Shown piece after piece: positions 11,032-19,976 of a stretch of DNA of 32,000 nt; position 1 is the stretch's first letter; each line of letters begins with the position of its first letter. Source of the DNA: Nitrosospira multiformis ATCC 25196 (GTDB lineage: Bacteria > Pseudomonadota > Gammaproteobacteria > Burkholderiales > Nitrosomonadaceae); assembly GCF_000196355.1 (NCBI RefSeq), contig NC_007614.1, forward strand, positions 2,550,001-2,582,000, read 5' to 3'. The position numbers and the translations under genes are program-made. The notes beneath the pieces are model-generated. The model was given only the letters and a program-made list of their open reading frames with translations. It ran no database searches and had not been told where the DNA came from.

Positions 11032-11343
11032 ATGAAAAGTAAATGCTTTTCTCACGAGAATTTCACTTTCAGTACGAAGTCCCCATCCGCAAGAAATCAA
11101 GCATGGATTATGCCAGCTAAAATAATCTTTGCAAAACAGTTGTTTGGAGCAGAAAAGCAGGCAATTCTGTCGCCATTTGCCGACAATCGGTTTCCCGGCG
11201 AAATTATGCCGTTGATATCACGGGGATGTTATATGTCTCCTGTCAGCGACAGGCTGCGCAGAGGAATACGGGAAGCAGGGAATACGAACGCTGCTCCCCC
11301 CACTGGCAGCGGCGGAAGCAGTACCTCGCCGCCGGGACTTTGA
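11032..11343 (+). CDS. Uncertain 103-aa ORF in the cphA-paralog/DUF1854 gap
   Basis: Open reading frame only, with no recognisable domain. Antisense to the surrounding locus; may be non-coding. Confidence 0.15.
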   Translation: MKSKCFSHENFTFSTKSPSARNQAWIMPAKIIFAKQLFGAEKQAILSPFADNRFPGEIMPLISRGCYMSPVSDRLRRGIREAGNTNAAPPTGSGGSSTSPPGL

Positions 11344-11344
11344 A

Positions 11345-11824
11345 TCACAGGAAGCGGTCGAGAAGCTTCCGGCTGTGATGATCGAGCGCCGTACGGTCGC
11401 GTATCAGGAAGTTGATGTTCTGGCTGTCGGTGATCAGCAAAGCGACTGGAGTCAGGCGGCGAATGTATTCTTCGCCCTTGAGAACGAATGATGTACTACC
11501 GCGGTCGGTTTCAACCCGCCAGGTGCAGGGGGTAGCAAAACTTGAAACTGCCTCGATGCGTTTGATTTCCGGCATGAACTCCCGGTTGGCAAGATCCGTT
11601 TCAACATGCTTGCGCGTCTCCTCGGGGAGGTCGCTCAATGCCTCGATCCATGCCAGCTCATGGCCATCCGCATCGACCAGCGAGATACCGCGGCCGGGAG
11701 CGGTAATGGGAAAAGCCCGCACCGGAACCACGCCCTCTCGCACTTCCCCGTTCGCCCCGGTAAATACCAGTCGCCCAAAGGCATTGCGGTGCAGGGAGTA
11801 GTATAAGGGCGTTTTTTCCGTCAT
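11345..11824 (-). CDS. DUF1854 family protein associated with cyanophycin metabolism
   Basis: 159 aa: LVDADGHELAWIEALSDLPEETRKHVETDLANREFMPEIKRIEAVSSFATPCTWRVETDRGSTSFVLKGEEYIRRL...LITDSQNINFLIRDRTALD. 4-bp ATGA overlap with the ABC gene and upstream of the two cphA genes. Confidence 0.85.
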   Translation of the reverse strand: MTEKTPLYYSLHRNAFGRLVFTGANGEVREGVVPVRAFPITAPGRGISLVDADGHELAWIEALSDLPEETRKHVETDLANREFMPEIKRIEAVSSFATPCTWRVETDRGSTSFVLKGEEYIRRLTPVALLITDSQNINFLIRDRTALDHHSRKLLDRFL

Positions 11825-14169
11825 TCCCGGCCACCTTCAGCCCTTGGCTCCGGCTCCGGGCTCAGCCTGCGCAGATCGTCCTCCGTGTCCACATTACGCA
11901 CTTGCGCCAGGTAAAGCCGGTAGTAATGCCCTTCCCGGGCCATGAGTTCATCATGATTGCCTATCTCGATAACGCTCCCACGGTCAAGCACGATAAGCCG
12001 ACTGGCGTCGCGCAAGGTGGAGAGCCTATGTGCAATCGCGATGGTAGTCCGGCCCCGCACCAGGTTTTCGAGCGCTTTCTGGATCTCTTTCTCGGTGGTC
12101 GTATCCACCGAGGATGTCGCTTCATCCAGGATCAGAATACGCGGATCGATGAGCAGTGCCCTTGCTATCGATATGCGCTGCCGCTCCCCGCCCGAGAGCG
12201 CCTGGCCCCGTTCACCAACCAGAGAGTCATAGCCGTGCGGCAGGCGGAGAATAAACTCATGCGCATGCGCGGCTCGCGCGGCGGCAACGATTTCCTCCTG
12301 CGTCGCGTTCGGTTTGCCGTAGGCAATATTCTCCGCAATGGTGCCGAAAAACAGAAAAGGTTCCTGAAGAACAAGTCCGATATGCTTGCGGTATTCCGCG
12401 ACCGGAAGCGCGCGTATATCCACGCCATCCAGCAGGATTGCGCCTTCCGTCACGTCGTAGAAACGGCAGATCAGATTGACGAGCGTACTCTTGCCTGAGC
12501 CGCTATGCCCTACCAGACCCACCATTTCACCTGGTTCGATAGTTATATTGATGCCATGCGTGACTGTGCGGGTACCGTAGCGGAACTCGACGTTTCGCAA
12601 CTCGATTCGCCCATCTACGACGGGCAGGTGCACGGGGTGGGCAGGCTCTGGAACGCTGGAAACGTGGTCGAGAATTTCGAAGATGCGTTTGGTGCCGGCA
12701 GCGGCCTTTTGTGTAAACGAGACGATGCGGCTCATCGAATCCAGTCGTACATAGAAACGGCTGATGTAGGTGAGAAAAGCCGTCAGCACTCCTACCGTAA
12801 TCTCATCTTTTGATACCTGCCAGATACCGAAAACCCAAACCACCAGCAAACCGACCTCGGTCAGCAGAACGACCGTTGGCGTGAACATCGACCAGACTTT
12901 GTTGACCCGGTCATTGACTTCCCGGTTGCGTTCATTGGCGGCGCGAAAGCGGATTGCTTCACGCTTCTCTTGGGCAAACGCCTTTACCACCCTCACCCCG
13001 GGGATGGTATCGGCAAGCACGCTGGTCAACTCAGCCCAAACGCGATCGACCTTTTCGAACCCGGTCCGCAACTTGTCGCGAACGATATGGATCAACCACG
13101 CAATGATCGGTAAGGGCGTCAGGGTCACCAGCGCAAGCCACGGCTCGATCGAAACCAGGATAATGGTCGTCATGCCGATCATCAGCACGTCGGTCGCGAA
13201 ATCGAGCAGATGAAGCGACAGGAAAATGTTGAGGCGATCTGTTTCCGACCCGATGCGCGCCATGAGATCGCCGGTACGCTTGCCGCCAAAATAGGCGTGC
13301 GAGAGTTTAAGCAGATGCTCAAAAGTGGCTGTGCGCAAATCAGCGCCGATACGCTCGGAAACCAGGGCGAGCACGTAAGTGCGCGCCCATCCCAATCCCC
13401 AGGCCACAATCGCGGCTCCGAGCAGTCCGGTCAGATAAAACTCAACCAGTTCAACGTCAATCGGTTTACCGTTCTGGTAGGGAATCAGTACGTTGTCCAT
13501 CAGGGGCATGGTCAAGTACGGAGGTATCATCGCCGCTCCCGTGCTGCCGAGCGTCAAAAGAAAACCGGCAAAAAGCCTCCACTTGTAGGGCCTTGCGAAA
13601 CGCCACAAACGTAACAGAGTCCAGGTGGACGGAGGCGCGTGCACTTGCTTGCGGCACGCTTCGCACTCCTCCTGCCCCGGAGCCAGCGGGACATCCAGTA
13701 CCCTGTGGCACTTGGGACAGAGAACCTGTACAGGTAAAGGACGGAACTCCCCTGTCAAGTGATTATGAAGCTGCTCCCGGAAATTATCGATGAGCCGGGT
13801 GGCCGCAGCATCCTTCCCCAACGTGTAGCGCCAGCGTGCGAGCAGCGCGTTCTCATCGAAGAGTTCAAGGCTGCCGACGCCTGCGTGATCACTGCGCACA
13901 AGCGTCAGTCCAGGCCGGTAACTCCACTCCTGTAACGTTGCCTCCGCCCCCGCCCCTGCCTCCGCCTGGACGAGCAGACGCTTATTGGTGACGACTACTA
14001 GTCCGGGATCAAAATGCAGTCGGCCATTGAGGTCAGTTTCGAGCCATGCCGCCACCTTTTCTTCCCTGGAAAGCCGGGATTCAACAGCCGCAATCCAGGT
14101 AGCCGGCAGAGCAGGCGCTCCTGACAGCATGTCATTGGGAAAAATCGGCGAAAGCCCGGATTCCGGCAT
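11821..14169 (-). CDS. ABC exporter-type transporter (TMD plus NBD) with N-terminal extension and zinc ribbon, cyanophycin-locus associated
   Basis: 782 aa. Walker A GHSGSGKST, signature LSGGERQ, Walker B ILILDEAT and a six-TM-type exporter domain. N-terminal region contains LVVVTNKRLL and the zinc-ribbon motif CPKCHRVLDVPLAPGQEECEAC. Confidence 0.93.
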   Translation of the reverse strand: MPESGLSPIFPNDMLSGAPALPATWIAAVESRLSREEKVAAWLETDLNGRLHFDPGLVVVTNKRLLVQAEAGAGAEATLQEWSYRPGLTLVRSDHAGVGSLELFDENALLARWRYTLGKDAAATRLIDNFREQLHNHLTGEFRPLPVQVLCPKCHRVLDVPLAPGQEECEACRKQVHAPPSTWTLLRLWRFARPYKWRLFAGFLLTLGSTGAAMIPPYLTMPLMDNVLIPYQNGKPIDVELVEFYLTGLLGAAIVAWGLGWARTYVLALVSERIGADLRTATFEHLLKLSHAYFGGKRTGDLMARIGSETDRLNIFLSLHLLDFATDVLMIGMTTIILVSIEPWLALVTLTPLPIIAWLIHIVRDKLRTGFEKVDRVWAELTSVLADTIPGVRVVKAFAQEKREAIRFRAANERNREVNDRVNKVWSMFTPTVVLLTEVGLLVVWVFGIWQVSKDEITVGVLTAFLTYISRFYVRLDSMSRIVSFTQKAAAGTKRIFEILDHVSSVPEPAHPVHLPVVDGRIELRNVEFRYGTRTVTHGINITIEPGEMVGLVGHSGSGKSTLVNLICRFYDVTEGAILLDGVDIRALPVAEYRKHIGLVLQEPFLFFGTIAENIAYGKPNATQEEIVAAARAAHAHEFILRLPHGYDSLVGERGQALSGGERQRISIARALLIDPRILILDEATSSVDTTTEKEIQKALENLVRGRTTIAIAHRLSTLRDASRLIVLDRGSVIEIGNHDELMAREGHYYRLYLAQVRNVDTEDDLRRLSPEPEPRAEGGRE

Positions 14170-14439
14170 TACTCTAATAGGGGAAAATCAATATCAGATA
14201 TTCAAAAATAGCGAATAGGAGTCCTCTGTTTCTTCGTCCGCCCCAGTTCGCGGCAGGCATCTTCGCCTCACCTCAAGGCTTCATCGTGCAAGAGCAATTC
14301 GGAGAGCGAGATTCACATGCCCACGAGCACGATGCCTATCTCCACCCGAAACCCGAGTATAGTCGGCTAGAGTATCAGATAATGCTCATTATGCCCTTAT
14401 CGGGGATACTGTGTCTCCGCATTTGCTTCCCCCGAATAT

Positions 14440-15315
14440 TCACCTCCGCCGTGCTCCGAGCACAGCACCCACGGTAACCGCCCCCAATCCCGCCAAAGTG
14501 AGCAGAGGCAGAGGTTCCCCCAGAACAGGCACAGCCGCCAATGCAGATATGACGGGCACGAATGCCATCAGCAAGGCGACCGTCTGCGACCCGAGGCGAC
14601 GCACAGCGAACGTATAGAGCAGCATCGCGATAAAGACGACCAGCACGCCCTGATACGCTGCCTGGAGGATGATTTCGCGGAGCGGTGCCAGTGCGAGATT
14701 GCTGGGCAGAAATAACAGCCAGACAGGCAGGTAAACTGCAGCGCTGCCCAGGGTGGTCGTTACAGTGGCAGCAAGCGGCGGCATCGGATAGCGTGCGAGC
14801 AGCAGCGTGAATATCGCCCACAATGAGGAGCCGCAAAGAAATAGCACATCACCGAGAATTTGCGTGGGAGATATATGTGTTCCGAGTGAGAGCGAGTCAG
14901 CGGCGGTCAGCAGGATACCGGCAAAAACAATAAGCAGCGCCAGCCGCCGTGCGCCGGTAAATTTTTCGCCGAACCACAGCCACGCAATGATCGCGGTCAG
15001 AAAAGGCAGCGTGCCAGGCAACAGCACGGAAGCATGAGCTGCCGGCGCCCAGCGGAAAGCAGCGTATACCACCGCAGCGTAACCGATACCGCCGAACAGC
15101 GAGAACAGGGCTATCACCTTGAGTGGAGGCAACAGGATGCGCGGCAAGAAAAAGACGGCGATCGAAGCGCCTACCCCGAATCGCAGTAGGGCAATGTCCC
15201 AGCTTGTCAACGTCCCCATTCCCCCATATCGGCTGACGAGAATGAAACCGGTCCAGATGCATATGGAAAAGAAGACCGCTATCCAGCCGCTCCAGGATTT
15301 GAGTGCTTCGCTCAT
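14440..15315 (-). CDS. DMT superfamily transporter, EamA family
   Basis: 291 aa, about ten hydrophobic segments, EamA-type repeats (FRWAPAAHASVLLPGTLPFLTAIIAWLWFGEKFTGARRLALLIVFAGI...). Confidence 0.9.
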   Translation of the reverse strand: MSEALKSWSGWIAVFFSICIWTGFILVSRYGGMGTLTSWDIALLRFGVGASIAVFFLPRILLPPLKVIALFSLFGGIGYAAVVYAAFRWAPAAHASVLLPGTLPFLTAIIAWLWFGEKFTGARRLALLIVFAGILLTAADSLSLGTHISPTQILGDVLFLCGSSLWAIFTLLLARYPMPPLAATVTTTLGSAAVYLPVWLLFLPSNLALAPLREIILQAAYQGVLVVFIAMLLYTFAVRRLGSQTVALLMAFVPVISALAAVPVLGEPLPLLTLAGLGAVTVGAVLGARRR

Positions 15316-15324
15316 GATTTGTAT

Positions 15325-15368
15325 TGAAACAGCTTATTGTCTGGTTGTTCTTTGTTGCAGCTGTTTCA
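15325..15368. repeat. 10-bp inverted repeat TGAAACAGCT-N24-AGCTGTTTCA upstream of the EamA gene
   Basis: Perfect 10-bp arms at 15325-15334 and 15359-15368, 10 nt upstream of the EamA start, in the lyase-EamA intergenic gap. No T-run follows, so it is not an obvious terminator. Confidence 0.5.
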
Positions 15369-15426
15369 TGGGTACGAGCAGAGCTTCCCTTTCCGGGAAA
15401 ACAGGCCTGCCGGAGCTTCCATACGC

Positions 15427-16656
15427 TCAGGCGCTCCCCTGCTTTGCTTTTTTGTGCACAGCTTTTCTGATGCTTTCAAGGGCTGCTTCGATGGTGCTGC
15501 GGGGCGCACCGATGTTCATACGCATGAAACCGCTGCCTTCTGCGCCAAACAAAGTGCCGGGACTCATGCCGATACCCGCTTCGTGCACAAAAAAATGCCT
15601 GAGCTGGATATCCGTCATTCCCAGTGCGTTCATCAATTCGTGGCAATCAAACCAGAGCAGATACGTGCCTTCGGGCTCGATGAGGTGGATTTCCGGAAGG
15701 CGAGTCGCCAGATATTCTGAGACAAAATCACGGGTTTCCTGTAGATAAACCAGCAATTCATCCAGCCAGACCTCCCCTTCCCGATAGGCTGCCTCGAAAG
15801 CAGCAATGCTGAAAGGATTGGATGCGCTGACATGCAGGATATCGAACGTCCGCGCAAGCTCCTCCCGATGCCTGGAATCCGGCACGACAAGTGCGGAAAG
15901 ATTCAATCCGGGAATATTGAATGTCTTGCTGGGAGCGACAGCTGTTATGACATTCGCCTTGCTTCCAGCCCATGTTTTCGCCAGCCGGGAGAGTATATGA
16001 TGCCTGGCTTCGGAATAAACCAGATCAGCGTGGATTTCGTCGGAAAATACCACGAGATCGTGTTTATCCGCTATCCGCAGGATGCGCTCGAGCTCTCCCC
16101 TGCTCCACACCCTGCCGACGGGATTATGCGGCGAGCATAGAAGCAGAAGACGTGCGCCTTGCGCGCATTGCTCGAGATGATCGTAATCGATCTCATAATG
16201 ACCATTCCGCAACCGCAAGGGATTCTGTACGAGTTGCCTGCCTGTAGCGGTGACAGCAGAAAAAAAGGGGAAATATACCGGCGGCTGTACGATAACCGAT
16301 GCTCCGGGGGGGGCAAAGGTCATGATGACGGCATGCAACGACGGAACAACGCCGGGACACATCATAATCCAGTCCCGCTCGATCTCCCAGCCATGACGGC
16401 GCCGCAGCCAATCCATCAGCGACTCATACAAACTGTCGGGAAAGACAGTGTACCCGTACACCGGATGAGCGGCACGTCGGGAAAGCGCCTGGGTGACCGC
16501 GACTGGAGCGGCAAAATCCATATCCGCGACCCATAGGGGAATCACTCCCGCTGCGCCGAACATGCTTTGGCGCCCATCGTATTTCAGGCTGGCTGTCCCG
16601 GTCCGGTCGATTTCCTTATCAAAATCCTGGTCCGCAATGGGAGCACTTCTGTTCAA
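15427..16656 (-). CDS. PatB/MalY-family PLP-dependent C-S lyase; candidate 5-histidylcysteine sulfoxide lyase (OvoB-like)
   Basis: 409 aa: PLWVADMDFAAPVAVTQALSRRAAHPVYGYT...CSPHNPVGRVW...FSDEIHADLVY...APSKTFNIPGLNLSALVVPD. Start overlaps the ovoA stop by 4 bp. The PLP-lyase family is clear; the substrate is inferred from context. Confidence 0.85.
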   Translation of the reverse strand: MNRSAPIADQDFDKEIDRTGTASLKYDGRQSMFGAAGVIPLWVADMDFAAPVAVTQALSRRAAHPVYGYTVFPDSLYESLMDWLRRRHGWEIERDWIMMCPGVVPSLHAVIMTFAPPGASVIVQPPVYFPFFSAVTATGRQLVQNPLRLRNGHYEIDYDHLEQCAQGARLLLLCSPHNPVGRVWSRGELERILRIADKHDLVVFSDEIHADLVYSEARHHILSRLAKTWAGSKANVITAVAPSKTFNIPGLNLSALVVPDSRHREELARTFDILHVSASNPFSIAAFEAAYREGEVWLDELLVYLQETRDFVSEYLATRLPEIHLIEPEGTYLLWFDCHELMNALGMTDIQLRHFFVHEAGIGMSPGTLFGAEGSGFMRMNIGAPRSTIEAALESIRKAVHKKAKQGSA

Positions 16657-18839
16657 GCAGTTTTCTCCCAGATTGTTACTTCCGAGAGCGTGTGCTGGAA
16701 TTTACGGCGTGTTTCGCGAATGACAAATGGAACCTCCGTAGGCCCTTGAATGAGCCTGAAATGGGCACCCAGAATTTCTTTCAGGCCATCGAGCGTTCCG
16801 AAACTTTCACCATCCCGCTTGAATCCGCCGATCCAGGCTTCCCGCTTGGTATGTTCCTCCAGCCAGGTATAGGGAGAAGCAATCAGCAAAATACCGCCGG
16901 AATTGATGCGGGTATGTATGGATGTAAGCAGTTTGGCCGGATCATAAAGACGGTCTATGAGATTCGCCGCGAGGATCAGGTCGTAACCCGTATATATAGG
17001 TTTGAGGTTACAGGCGTCCCCTTGATAAAACGCCACCTTATGCCTGACCCCGTCCAGGCCCAGTCCAGCCAGCGTCCGCTCCCGGTAAAGGACCAGATCG
17101 CCTTCATCGGCCAGGGTATAGCGTAACACCCCTTGCGACGCCAGCTGCACTCCCTGTCCGATGAAACGGGCGGAGAAATCCACTCCTGTCACCTCATCGA
17201 AATGCCGCGCCAGTTCAAAAGCAGCTCGCCCCGACGCGCAACCCAGGTCGAGCGCCTTGTGTGCAGGCTTGTCTCCCATGGCGGCAATAGCGAGTTCCGC
17301 CAGCGCTTTCGGGAAATTTGGCACATCGAAATAAGTGTCTCCATAATGGAATTCAGCATATTCGGAGAGCAGCTTGTCGGTTTCGTAGTGCGAGCCATGC
17401 TGAATCGCCGGGGCAGTTCCGACGACGTAGCGAAAACCCGCGTGCTGAAAGAAATGGCGGCGAAAGGCGTAACGTGAGTTCTTCAAGGATTCATTGCCAC
17501 AGGAAATCCAGGAGCCTCCCTTGATGAGGTTGTGCCTGCCATCGAAGGTGGGTGTTGTGAAATCATCATAGTGGGGATGAACATCAAAGCCATCGAAAGG
17601 ATAGATGGGCGTTTCAGTCCATTGCCACACGTTTCCCACCACATCATAAAAATCACCCTGGGCAAATTCGTTGACAGGGTGGCTGGAGGCCCCATGGTCG
17701 AGATGAATATTGGCCATGGCCGGTGCAGCAGCCGGAACCTCGGATAATCCCGCTACTTCATAGAGCCGGTACCATTCGTCTTCGGTCGGGAGGCGGTAGG
17801 GCTGGCCACTTACGGCCGCCTTCCAGTTACAGAAAGCCTTGGCTTCGTGATAATTCACCTCCACAGGCCAATCCCAAGGCATGGAAATTTCCTTGGTCAT
17901 CAGGCGCAACTCCCACTCCCCGCCTCGCCGGATCCAGAAGGTGGGATGCTTCGCGCCAGCATGCTTCAGCCAGGCGCGTCCCTCCTCTTCCCAGTAACTT
18001 TCGGTTTCATAGCCGTCTGCCTGAACAAACTCCAGGAATTCCTGATTACTCACCAGGTATTTGCCGGCTTCGAAGGCTGCAACGTCCGCAATGTGAGTAC
18101 CGTATTCGTTATCCCATCCATAGAAAGGATCGTCTTTTTTCTTGCCAAGCTGCACCGTGCCTTCCGGTACTTTCACCAGCTGATTGTCGGGCGCCGGTCC
18201 GGATTTACGGCAGGGTTCCCATGCAGGATGGGGAGCAACATGTTCCAGCGCATGCTGCCGGATAAGGACGGACGAAGTTTCGAGATGAATGCGCTCGTGT
18301 TCGATACCCATCATGATCGTCCACCAGGGGCTGTCCCATTCAATGGGCAAGGTCAGAGGCGTTTCACGGATGAGTCGATCGACAGTTTCCCGCATCCTTC
18401 TGCGATAGGCTCGCACCTCTTCGACAGAAGGCCAATCGTAATGCGTCGTATCCAGATCGTCCCAACTCATTTCATCGACACCCACTGCGAACATCGATTC
18501 CATTTTTGGGTTGATGCGGTCAGTGATCAGACCCGCGAGCAGGAGTTTATTGGTAAAGAAGGTTGCGGTATGGCCGAGATAGAATATGAGCGGGTGACGC
18601 AATGAAATGGGCTTTTTGAAGTAGGCCGCGTCTCCTCGCAACGTTTCGAAGAGTTGCTCGTAACGGTCCAGCGTGGAATGAAAGTATTCGCGTATTTCCT
18701 CACGCTTTGCCGCAGCATTACCTCCGGCAAGAACAGGAGTTCGGGAAAAGAGTTGTTTGGGCATTACACGCAACTTGGGGTTTTCGGAAGCAGATTGAAC
18801 AGCTGTGGTTGTTTTCTTTGCATTCAAATTCATGTTCAC
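16653..18839 (-). CDS. ovoA: OvoA: 5-histidylcysteine sulfoxide synthase with C-terminal mercaptohistidine N-methyltransferase domain
   Basis: 728 aa. DinB-like iron-binding residues (LGHTATFFTNK, GIEHERIHLET), FGE-like domain (YRLPTEDEWYRLYEVAG, NVWQWTETPIYPFDGF, GGSWISCGNESLKNSRYAFRRHFFQHAGFRYV), and a C-terminal SAM domain (ALDLGCASGRAAFELARHFDEVTGVDFS). Confidence 0.92.
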   Translation of the reverse strand: MNMNLNAKKTTTAVQSASENPKLRVMPKQLFSRTPVLAGGNAAAKREEIREYFHSTLDRYEQLFETLRGDAAYFKKPISLRHPLIFYLGHTATFFTNKLLLAGLITDRINPKMESMFAVGVDEMSWDDLDTTHYDWPSVEEVRAYRRRMRETVDRLIRETPLTLPIEWDSPWWTIMMGIEHERIHLETSSVLIRQHALEHVAPHPAWEPCRKSGPAPDNQLVKVPEGTVQLGKKKDDPFYGWDNEYGTHIADVAAFEAGKYLVSNQEFLEFVQADGYETESYWEEEGRAWLKHAGAKHPTFWIRRGGEWELRLMTKEISMPWDWPVEVNYHEAKAFCNWKAAVSGQPYRLPTEDEWYRLYEVAGLSEVPAAAPAMANIHLDHGASSHPVNEFAQGDFYDVVGNVWQWTETPIYPFDGFDVHPHYDDFTTPTFDGRHNLIKGGSWISCGNESLKNSRYAFRRHFFQHAGFRYVVGTAPAIQHGSHYETDKLLSEYAEFHYGDTYFDVPNFPKALAELAIAAMGDKPAHKALDLGCASGRAAFELARHFDEVTGVDFSARFIGQGVQLASQGVLRYTLADEGDLVLYRERTLAGLGLDGVRHKVAFYQGDACNLKPIYTGYDLILAANLIDRLYDPAKLLTSIHTRINSGGILLIASPYTWLEEHTKREAWIGGFKRDGESFGTLDGLKEILGAHFRLIQGPTEVPFVIRETRRKFQHTLSEVTIWEKTA

Positions 18840-19144
18840 CCTCGGTTATGGATAGCCTCTCAATATAAAATAAACGAAGTGTACACCCGGATACATTGCC
18901 TCACTATTGCCAAGAACATGGATCAGAGAATCCTGCACTGAAAAACTTGACAGCACAGTAAAGAGGAGTTCCACCCAAATTGCTGACGCTCTCCCGCCTG
19001 ATGCTTCATACCGCGGTGCTGTTAAAAAGACCCGAGATTACGTCCTTCAACCCTTCGCAACTTTGGACACTTGATTATTCTCGTTTATTCTGGTGCCTTC
19101 GATTGTCCTGGCGAGCGTGAGTTCCACATTTATTTCAGGAGGGT

Positions 19145-19843
19145 TTATTGGACCCGCAGAGCATCGGGACGTAATTTTAGCTGAACACGTCCGGAGTTCC
19201 CAAACGACAAGTGGAGGAAGGGAAAAATAGTGGCGACCATGAACTGCAACTGTCCAGCCTGCAGGAATAGGGTGCGTCCTACACATTTCCATCCCAGATG
19301 GCTGTGCGCCCGGCGCGAGGCGATATTCGTCCGGGTGACACGGCTGAAGGTATATTTTATCCCTCGCTCCTGGAGATATCGATTGGCTCCGCTCCACATG
19401 CCGATAAATCCTCGACCCATGCGGTATTCGGGAAAAAGGTAGAAATCGAAATCGAAAACCGCTTCGCCTGCAGGCGACACCAGGAAGACGCAGCGAACCT
19501 CGTCCTCTATATAGGTATTGGGACAAAACCACATATACCCGATAAATTTCCCCTTTTGAAAAGCACCAAGACAAACCGCACTCTGCTCGAAACGGGCCTC
19601 CTTTATGTCCGGTCGCGCTGGCATAAGCTCCACTTCCGGATCACCTCGCTTGATCTCACGAATTTCAAGGTTCCTGCTTAACCGCTCCGGAATAAGCGGC
19701 TCTTTGTGAATTGGCTGGACCATAATGTCGTAGAAATACAGTCGCAGGCTGGGAGAAATGCTGGCAAGAAAACGGTCTGACAGATACAGCAGACCAGCAA
19801 AAAATCCGAATTCCTTGAAAAGGGCAGCAAGTTTTTGAAGCAT
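19145..19843 (-). CDS. GNAT-like N-acyltransferase family protein
   Basis: 232 aa with a GNAT-like layout: VCLGAFQKGKFIGYMWFCPNTY...YLFPEYRMGRGFIGMWSGANRYLQERGIKYTFSRVTRTNIASRRAHSHLGWKCVG. Confidence 0.65.
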   Translation of the reverse strand: MLQKLAALFKEFGFFAGLLYLSDRFLASISPSLRLYFYDIMVQPIHKEPLIPERLSRNLEIREIKRGDPEVELMPARPDIKEARFEQSAVCLGAFQKGKFIGYMWFCPNTYIEDEVRCVFLVSPAGEAVFDFDFYLFPEYRMGRGFIGMWSGANRYLQERGIKYTFSRVTRTNIASRRAHSHLGWKCVGRTLFLQAGQLQFMVATIFPFLHLSFGNSGRVQLKLRPDALRVQ

Positions 19844-19976
19844 TTCGTGGTTGTCAGCGAGATGATTGTGGCGGATTTTTATATCGGCGAATCATTGTCA
19901 GCCTAATCTTTTACCAGCTCAAGTGAATGGCGACAGGATAAATTTATCTTAAATAATGCTGGGAGAACACAGGAAA

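Noticed and set aside
17847-18605. 252-aa plus-strand ORF opposite ovoA
   Set aside because: Shadow of ovoA; the sense frame has OvoA-type domains and this one has none.
19047-19574. 175-aa minus-strand ORF overlapping the GNAT-like gene
   Set aside because: Same strand, different frame. The 19145-19843 frame has the more protein-like and GNAT-like sequence.
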